Source of the DNA: an uncultured virus (IMG/VR IMGVR_UViG_3300044974_000598)
Taxonomy: Duplodnaviria > Heunggongvirae > Uroviricota > Caudoviricetes
Strand: one strand, 5' to 3'
Length of the DNA: 64,000 bases
Virus record (IMG/VR): IMGVR_UViG_3300044974_000598
Below the pieces are notes generated by a model that was not told where the DNA came from, did no database searches, and saw only the letters and a program-made list of their open reading frames with translations. This document shows positions 58,194-64,000 of this stretch, one piece after another. The number at the start of each line of letters is the position of its first letter. Position 1 is the first letter of the stretch. Made by a program: the position numbers and the translations under genes.

Positions 58194-58500
58194 AGGTGAC
58201 TCAGTGGTTATAATGAAAGTTTCGCAAGCTGATACAATAAACTTATTATTTAATTCATATAACAATACAATAAACACATTAAAAGACTCGTTAACAATTA
58301 AAAAAGAAAAATATGATAGCTTATATCAAACAATATATCAAACAAAAGATAGCTTCTATAATTGGAAGTGGAAATATGAAGCAAATAGAAACATCTATAT
58401 TGCCAGAGAAGCCGAAAAAGAAAAGGACAAAAAGTACGACTTCGCCCAAAAAGTCATCCTTATAGGAATAATATTTTTACAATTTCAAAGTATAAAGTAA
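58105..58500 (+). CDS. secreted/membrane coiled-coil protein (spanin candidate)
   Basis: N-terminal signal peptide and C-terminal hydrophobic segment; overlaps the lipoprotein gene. Confidence 0.5.
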   Translation: MKLKLSLIALMLILSFHLSYSQYPVKRLYRGDSVVIMKVSQADTINLLFNSYNNTINTLKDSLTIKKEKYDSLYQTIYQTKDSFYNWKWKYEANRNIYIAREAEKEKDKKYDFAQKVILIGIIFLQFQSIK

Positions 58501-58724
58501 TGAAACAATTTTTTCAAGAAGATAATGGCAGATATAGCATGAAGCGTTTATGTGGTTTATTATGTACAATAGCTTTATGTGCTACTATGTACCATAACCA
58601 ATTTAGTGAGCAACATTTTGCACCAAGTCCCGTTTTAGTAGAAGCAGTAGCTTTATTAGCCTTTGGAACTTTAGGATTAACAGCAGTAGAAAAAATATTT
58701 AAAAAAGATAAAACACAAGACTAA
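58500..58724 (+). CDS. holin
   Basis: G.YSMKR motif, two TM segments, immediately before the endolysin. Confidence 0.65.
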   Translation: MKQFFQEDNGRYSMKRLCGLLCTIALCATMYHNQFSEQHFAPSPVLVEAVALLAFGTLGLTAVEKIFKKDKTQD

Positions 58725-59212
58725 TGAAAATTTCTGAACATTTGGATTTAGCTGAAATTACAAGAAGTGATACCGCTAAAAGATTAGGGATTGACAATGT
58801 ACCAACTCCTGAACACATTGAAAACTTAAAGAAACTTGCAGAAAATGTATTCGAGCCTATTCGCAATCATTTTCGTTGCCCTATACACATAAGTAGTGGT
58901 TATAGAAGCAAAGAATTAAATGAAGCAACCCCCGGCAGTTCAAAAACTTCTGACCATGCTTTTTGCAGAGCAATAGATATTGATATGGATGGGTCTGCAA
59001 ATGGTGTAAGTAACAATGATGTTTTTCATTATGCAGTCGCAAATTTAAAAACAAAACAAATTATTGCCGAATATCCAGTAGATGGTAAATTAAGTTGGGT
59101 TCATATTGGTTATGACGAGAATAATTTAAAAAATGAAGTTTTGATTTGTGTAAAAAAAGATGGCAAACCTCACTATTTACCATATAAAGGGAATGAAAAA
59201 TTAGTAAAATAA
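58724..59212 (+). CDS. endolysin, peptidase M15A family
   Basis: ISSGYRS..LN...SDHAFCRAIDID...WVHIGY zinc ligands. Confidence 0.9.
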   Translation: MKISEHLDLAEITRSDTAKRLGIDNVPTPEHIENLKKLAENVFEPIRNHFRCPIHISSGYRSKELNEATPGSSKTSDHAFCRAIDIDMDGSANGVSNNDVFHYAVANLKTKQIIAEYPVDGKLSWVHIGYDENNLKNEVLICVKKDGKPHYLPYKGNEKLVK

Positions 59213-59973
59213 TGGCTTACGTTTATCGACATATTAGATTGGATAAAAATGAGCCTTTTTATATTGGTATAGGGAGTGATGTTAATTATAATAGAGCGTA
59301 TGAAATAAAAAAAAATAGAAGAAATATTGTATGGTCTAGAATAACATCAAAGTCAAAAATAGAGGTAGAAATAATGTTAGATGGATTAACTTGGTTTGAG
59401 GCTTGTGAAAAAGAGATTGAGTTTATTAAATTATATGGCAGATTAGACTTAGGTAATGGGATATTAGCCAATTTAACTGATGGCGGGGATGGTACTCTTG
59501 GAGTAATTGTTAGCAAAGAAACAAGAAAAAAAAGTAGCGAACGATTTAGTGGCAAAAATAACCCCATGTATGGTAAAAAAAATTCACAAGAATCAATTGA
59601 AAGGGGAAGATTAAAAAGATTGGGGCAACCTGCTTGGAATAAAGGTAAAACAGGTATTTATTCCGATTCTCAGTTAAAAAAAATGAGTGAAATAAAAAAA
59701 GGGAAAATTCCATGGAATAAAGGAGTAACTCATACCGAAGAAACGCGAAGAAAAATTAGTGCAATTAGAATCTCCAAAAATTTAATACCTTGGAATTTAG
59801 GTAAAAAAGGCGTAAATGGGATAACTCAAGCTAAAGTTGTATTAAATTTAGACAATGGGGTATTTTATGAATCTTGTAAAGAAGCATCATTATTTTATAA
59901 TATACCATATTCTACATTAAAATGTAAATTAAATGGGGCTATGAAAAATAATACAAATTTAATTTATGCTTAA
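59212..59973 (+). CDS. GIY-YIG-like homing endonuclease with NUMOD3 repeats
   Basis: YVYRHIRLDKNEPFYIGIG...NLTDGGDG; repeated PWNKG; paralog of 45578-46282. Confidence 0.85.
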   Translation: MAYVYRHIRLDKNEPFYIGIGSDVNYNRAYEIKKNRRNIVWSRITSKSKIEVEIMLDGLTWFEACEKEIEFIKLYGRLDLGNGILANLTDGGDGTLGVIVSKETRKKSSERFSGKNNPMYGKKNSQESIERGRLKRLGQPAWNKGKTGIYSDSQLKKMSEIKKGKIPWNKGVTHTEETRRKISAIRISKNLIPWNLGKKGVNGITQAKVVLNLDNGVFYESCKEASLFYNIPYSTLKCKLNGAMKNNTNLIYA

Positions 59974-59988
59974 CTTAAATAAAAACAC

Positions 59989-60993
59989 ATGCCCTCAATC
60001 AACGGGAACAGCCTAATTGCAAGAAACTACCGAGCCAAACATCCTGATATGCCTACTAAGAAATTAGCTAGGATAATGTACGCAGAAAATAATCTAGCAT
60101 TCATAAGTGAAGAACGAGCTAGGTCATCTTTAAGATACATTGAAGGCAAAAATGGTAATTACCTTAGAAAACCATCTGTAAAAAATAGTGAATTTTATAA
60201 AGTAGACGACAGACCTAAGAATCCTTACAACCTCCCCAAATCAGATGAAACAGCATTTGAACCATACATCTTTAAAGGGCATAAGAAAGTTTTAATCCTA
60301 TCTGATATCCATGTACCATACCATAGCATAGATGCGATAACGGCAGCCATCCAATACGCAAAGAAAACAAAACCCGATGCACTACTACTGAATGGCGATA
60401 CTATTGATTGCCATAGACTAAGCAGATTTATCAAAGACCCAAAGAAAAGAAACTTTAAGCTAGAACTAGATACATTCAAAGCCTTGTTTGACATCTTTGA
60501 AAAGGAACTAAAGTGCAAAATATATTTCAAAATTGGAAACCACGAGGAAAGATACGAGCATTTCCTTTACGAGAAAGCCGGTGAATTAGTGGGTATAGAA
60601 GAGTTTGAGTTTGAAAATATCATTAAGGCAAGAGCCAGAGGCATAGAAATAATAGGAGATAAAAGACCTATGAAACTAAATAACCTTTGGGGAATTCATG
60701 GTCACGAATATGTAGGTGGAATATCAGCACCCGTAAATCCGGCTAGAGGATTATTCCTTAAAGCAAAGGTCAGCACCTTCCAAGGCCATAACCATCAAAC
60801 CTCCGAGCATACAGAACCCACACTTACGGGTAAAATGGTAACTACATGGTCATTGGGTTGCCTAAGTGAATTGCACCCCGCCTATATGCCTCTAAATAAG
60901 TGGAATCATGGTTTTGCTGAGGTTGAGCTTGATACTAATGGGGAAGACTTTGAATTCAACAATAAGCGTATCTTTAAAGGGAAAATTGTATAA
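59989..60993 (+). CDS. calcineurin-like metallophosphoesterase
   Basis: SDIHVP, LNGDTID, GNHE, HGHE, GHNH motifs. Confidence 0.88.
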   Translation: MPSINGNSLIARNYRAKHPDMPTKKLARIMYAENNLAFISEERARSSLRYIEGKNGNYLRKPSVKNSEFYKVDDRPKNPYNLPKSDETAFEPYIFKGHKKVLILSDIHVPYHSIDAITAAIQYAKKTKPDALLLNGDTIDCHRLSRFIKDPKKRNFKLELDTFKALFDIFEKELKCKIYFKIGNHEERYEHFLYEKAGELVGIEEFEFENIIKARARGIEIIGDKRPMKLNNLWGIHGHEYVGGISAPVNPARGLFLKAKVSTFQGHNHQTSEHTEPTLTGKMVTTWSLGCLSELHPAYMPLNKWNHGFAEVELDTNGEDFEFNNKRIFKGKIV

Positions 60994-61025
60994 CAAAATC
61001 AGAATATTTTTAAATCCGGAATTTG

Positions 61026-61301
61026 ATGGCGCGCATTAAAATAATATATCGCAAACTAGGGAAAGAACAAGCCTATGGTATAGCCTCAAGTGATGGTATT
61101 ATTGAAATTGATAGTCGGTTAAAATCAAAGAAACATCTTGAGGTATTAATTCACGAACTTTTGCACCTCTTAAATCCAAAGGACACAGAAGAAATGGTTA
61201 TTAAAAAGTCTGTTACATTAACTAAGATATTATGGCAAGAAGGATATAGAAGAATAGACCAATCCCCCGACCACGAACCCTTCCAAGACGGCACGAAATG
61301 A
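61026..61301 (+). CDS. small HExxH (zincin-like) protein
   Basis: IEIDSRL...VLIHELLHLL...EE. Confidence 0.65.
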   Translation: MARIKIIYRKLGKEQAYGIASSDGIIEIDSRLKSKKHLEVLIHELLHLLNPKDTEEMVIKKSVTLTKILWQEGYRRIDQSPDHEPFQDGTK

Positions 61302-61468
61302 AAGCATACCGAGTATATTTCAAAAAAAACGGCATAAACCTAACTAAATTGGTCTATGCCGAGTGTTTACTTGAGGTTCTTAATCAGTTTAAGAACATGG
61401 AGGTGGTAATGATAAAAGAATTGGATTTACTTCCAGAGGGAGATATAGATGTCATTTCTTTGAATTAA
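61298..61468 (+). CDS. small hypothetical protein (56 aa, not in ORF track)
   Basis: MKAYRVYFKKNGINLTKLVYAECLLEVLNQF...; ATGA overlap with the previous gene. Confidence 0.5.
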   Translation: MKAYRVYFKKNGINLTKLVYAECLLEVLNQFKNMEVVMIKELDLLPEGDIDVISLN

Positions 61469-61527
61469 CCTTTGTGTTTGATTTAAACAATATTATAAAA
61501 AATATAATAGTATAAGCTAACATAATT

Positions 61528-61725
61528 TTACCCATTGTCAAATGGTTTAATAATTATGTAATATTCATCTTTGCCATTAGGCTTTACTTCTGCATCCCAT
61601 ATTCTTAACATTCTTCTACGATTATACGCATCATGATAATTATATTCTCTAATGGGTACTTTATTCTTGAATAACTGCATTTTCCCCTTTGCTCTGTGCC
61701 ATTGGTACTCTTTCTTTGGATTCAT
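61528..61725 (-). CDS. hypothetical early protein
   Basis: ORF in the minus-strand small-gene cluster. Confidence 0.5.
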   Translation of the reverse strand: MNPKKEYQWHRAKGKMQLFKNKVPIREYNYHDAYNRRRMLRIWDAEVKPNGKDEYYIIIKPFDNG

Positions 61726-61820
61726 ATTTCTTTTTTAATTCATTAAACTGAGCGACTAATTCTTTTATTCTTTCCCTTAATTGCTCATTTTCTAAGTTAA
61801 GAATGTAATTCTGCCCTATT

Positions 61821-62063
61821 TCATATTTGTTCTTCATGTTCTTCGTTATTTTCGGGTATTATAAATTTACATTCCTTGACCGGATTATCAGCCCATTTAT
61901 TATATAGGTCATACATCTCTTCAAATCTTTCTTGGTCATACCAAGCGTTATGATACAATTCAGCCATAATCATTTGCCTTTCAAAAGGAGTAAAATCTCC
62001 AAAGGTGCTAAAACTAGTAGGTTCACTTGGTTTGCCTAAGATGTCTTCTATGTTATTTGTCAT
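61821..62063 (-). CDS. hypothetical early protein
   Basis: ORF in the minus-strand cluster. Confidence 0.55.
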   Translation of the reverse strand: MTNNIEDILGKPSEPTSFSTFGDFTPFERQMIMAELYHNAWYDQERFEEMYDLYNKWADNPVKECKFIIPENNEEHEEQI

Positions 62064-62072
62064 TTGTTTAAT

Positions 62073-62276
62073 TTAAAAGTTTTCATTTACCATCAGTATA
62101 TGTATTTTGCCCACTCTATTATATTTTATTACTTCGGGTAGTTGCAAGTTATTTTTGATTCTATATTTAATGGCTTGTTGTGTCATGGGGGCATTAGGGT
62201 ATTTCCTATTTGCCCTAAAAAGAGTAGGGTTTATTTTTTCTGCATACTCTTTTACACTAATTTGTTTAGTCTTCAT
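62073..62276 (-). CDS. small DNA-binding protein (HTH-like)
   Basis: ISVKEYAE...TQQAIKYRIK pattern. Confidence 0.5.
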   Translation of the reverse strand: MKTKQISVKEYAEKINPTLFRANRKYPNAPMTQQAIKYRIKNNLQLPEVIKYNRVGKIHILMVNENF

Positions 62277-62562
62277 TTACTTCTATTGTTTTTAAAATTT
62301 TGATAATAGGTTCAGTAGGTTTGCCTTTTTGAATTTCTTCAAACATTTCTTCTGCCTTTTCTAATGTCATTGTCCAACTATTATTTACCGACATACCATT
62401 TTCTTTAAGAATGTAATACCATACTTCTCCATTGTTTTCTGTCTTTTCCATTAATTGATACTTTGCCATAATTGTTTGTTTTATTTGTTTATTAATTTGT
62501 TCTTCTTCAATTTGATTTTCTTGTTCTATATCTTTTTTAATTTCTTCCCATTCAATATCCAT
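62266..62562 (-). CDS. hypothetical early protein (start may be near 62469)
   Basis: ORF in the minus-strand cluster. Confidence 0.5.
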   Translation of the reverse strand: MDIEWEEIKKDIEQENQIEEEQINKQIKQTIMAKYQLMEKTENNGEVWYYILKENGMSVNNSWTMTLEKAEEMFEEIQKGKPTEPIIKILKTIEVNED

Positions 62563-62565
62563 AAT

Positions 62566-62772
62566 TTAATAGTTTTTAAAGTTTATTATTATATTGTTTG
62601 TTCCTTCACTAAATATTCTTTTAGTTACTAAATAAGAATGCATCTCACCTAAATTATTTTGGTAATTAATAAAATCTCCCACATTAGGGGGTATAGTGAA
62701 GGGTAATTCAATATGTTCAAATGTTCCATCATCTTTTATTAAAATAAAAGCAATTCCTGTTTCTTTTTTCAT
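62566..62772 (-). CDS. hypothetical early protein
   Basis: IPPNVGDFI motif; AACTATG start at 62772. Confidence 0.55.
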   Translation of the reverse strand: MKKETGIAFILIKDDGTFEHIELPFTIPPNVGDFINYQNNLGEMHSYLVTKRIFSEGTNNIIINFKNY

Positions 62773-62776
62773 AGTT

Positions 62777-63013
62777 TTAATTGTTAAAATGTTTATCAAA
62801 AATTTCGTTAAAATAGTTTTCTCGGTTGGATGCTACGCAGTTTATTTCTTCTGCAAATTCATCCCATTCTTTATCAGTTTTATTTACTCCCCATTTATCT
62901 GCCAATGCTTGCCACATAGATATAAAATCTTCCATATCTAAATTGGGCAATGATTCGCTTTTAAACATCTTAAAGAATGTTTCACATAATAAGATTTTAG
63001 TTGTTTTTCCCAT
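62777..63013 (-). CDS. hypothetical early protein
   Basis: Likely start MGKTTKI at 63013. Confidence 0.5.
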   Translation of the reverse strand: MGKTTKILLCETFFKMFKSESLPNLDMEDFISMWQALADKWGVNKTDKEWDEFAEEINCVASNRENYFNEIFDKHFNN

Positions 63014-63157
63014 GGTATAATCTTTTAATTTCAAAATAAAGGTGTGCAGTAAAATAAACACAACAAGCAATGGGAACGCTAATGAAAAAGAATTTTAGCA
63101 TTTCAAATACAAAAATTAAAGTTTCTTTAATGATGTTCATATATTTTGTTTTGGTTA

Positions 63158-63532
63158 TTAAATTAAATCTTCTAATTCATTGCAATGGTCTTCCAATACA
63201 TAGAAATAAGCATTCTCTTTCATTACATTACGCTCTAAATCATTACTTGTATAATAATCAATGTAATTATCAAGAACCATTAGTTTAATGTCTTGTGCTT
63301 TAGTAAGCGTAGGGTAAAGAATTGCTCTTTTAACTTCATCTATTGTGTATTCTTTATTGTAATTTATCAAATACTCAGTTGCAGTATTCGGGTAGGTTAC
63401 AATTAATTGCTTAACCATTTGCTCTTGCATTCCTAATTCTTCAATAATGTATTGCATTGTTTCGCCATCTATATCAATGGACTTTAAGGCATCAATAGAT
63501 GCTTGTAATTTTGGGTTTTGTATTGGTAACAT
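63158..63532 (-). CDS. hypothetical early protein
   Basis: IDIDGETMQYIIEELGM motif. Confidence 0.6.
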   Translation of the reverse strand: MLPIQNPKLQASIDALKSIDIDGETMQYIIEELGMQEQMVKQLIVTYPNTATEYLINYNKEYTIDEVKRAILYPTLTKAQDIKLMVLDNYIDYYTSNDLERNVMKENAYFYVLEDHCNELEDLI

Positions 63533-63554
63533 ATGTATATTTTAATTGTAAAAG

Positions 63555-63866
63555 TTATGGGATAATATAATTTTTTCTATTTGTATTTTCCCAAATTTCT
63601 TTATCACTATTTTCATATAATAATTCATCATCCTCCTTACAAAATAATTCTAAGGTAGAATTACCATCATTTTCTTGTGGTTCAATAACTTCCATGGTAT
63701 CATGTAGCAATAAAGAATCATCAAAATCAATATCTTCCCTTTCATTCATTGTCATCATTTTTGCCTTCTCTTTGGCTTCGTCTAAAGTTTCAGCTTCAAC
63801 GCTAAATTTAAATCTGTTCCAAATAGTAATCTTTTCATCAATGTAAAAATCAAATTCTTGTTTCAT
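63555..63866 (-). CDS. hypothetical early protein
   Basis: FSVEAETLDEAKEKA motif common in phage early genes. Confidence 0.6.
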   Translation of the reverse strand: MKQEFDFYIDEKITIWNRFKFSVEAETLDEAKEKAKMMTMNEREDIDFDDSLLLHDTMEVIEPQENDGNSTLELFCKEDDELLYENSDKEIWENTNRKNYIIP

Positions 63867-64000
63867 AGTTTTTTGGTTTATTTTTTAATTAATTATTTTC
63901 AACACTGCACATTACTATAATTGTATTGTCTAATTGTGCTAATTGATTCTCAAATTCTTCTGCCATTTGTTCAAAATCATAGGTAATTTTGCCCTTATCA

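Noticed and set aside
1..64000. Stop-codon reassignment as in some crAss-like phages
   Set aside because: Genes are intact and densely packed under the standard code, and both TAG and TGA end normal genes.

Overview
This window is most of the genome of an AT-rich tailed dsDNA phage. The host is very probably a Bacteroidota: TAnnTTTG -7 promoter boxes recur in intergenic gaps, A-rich leaders lack Shine-Dalgarno sites, and the primase is of the BT4734 type. Layout: 0-8 kb early, recombination and replication genes (lambda-exonuclease-like, NinG-like, HTH, replication initiator, primase-helicase, SSB). 8.8-28 kb is a crAss-like podovirus head/tail module (GroES-like, TerL, portal, scaffold, major capsid, ring proteins, GroES, muzzle/stabilisation protein). 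27.5-40 kb holds large ejected/cargo proteins with a ferritin inserted among them. 40-48.6 kb holds fibre genes with S74 chaperones and free-standing homing endonucleases. 48.8-56.7 kb is a glycosyl/methyltransferase island, 56.7-61.5 kb holds lysis genes and a phosphoesterase, and 61.5-64 kb holds small early genes on the minus strand. The strongest candidate for a new system is a phage-encoded protein O-glycosylation (virion glycocalyx) pathway. Two island enzymes resemble peptide O-glycosyltransferases, one AAH/TibC-like and one like the plant GT95/GT96 enzymes. Several structural proteins carry mucin-like TTTTTAAP tracts or proline-free Gly-Ser/Thr-Ser/Thr repeats that would suit as acceptors. 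The second candidate is a non-coding locus at 2.9-3.4 kb: a dense array of different operator-like palindromes between a promoter-terminator small-RNA unit and a convergent terminator. All family assignments come from motif recognition by eye; no database search was run.
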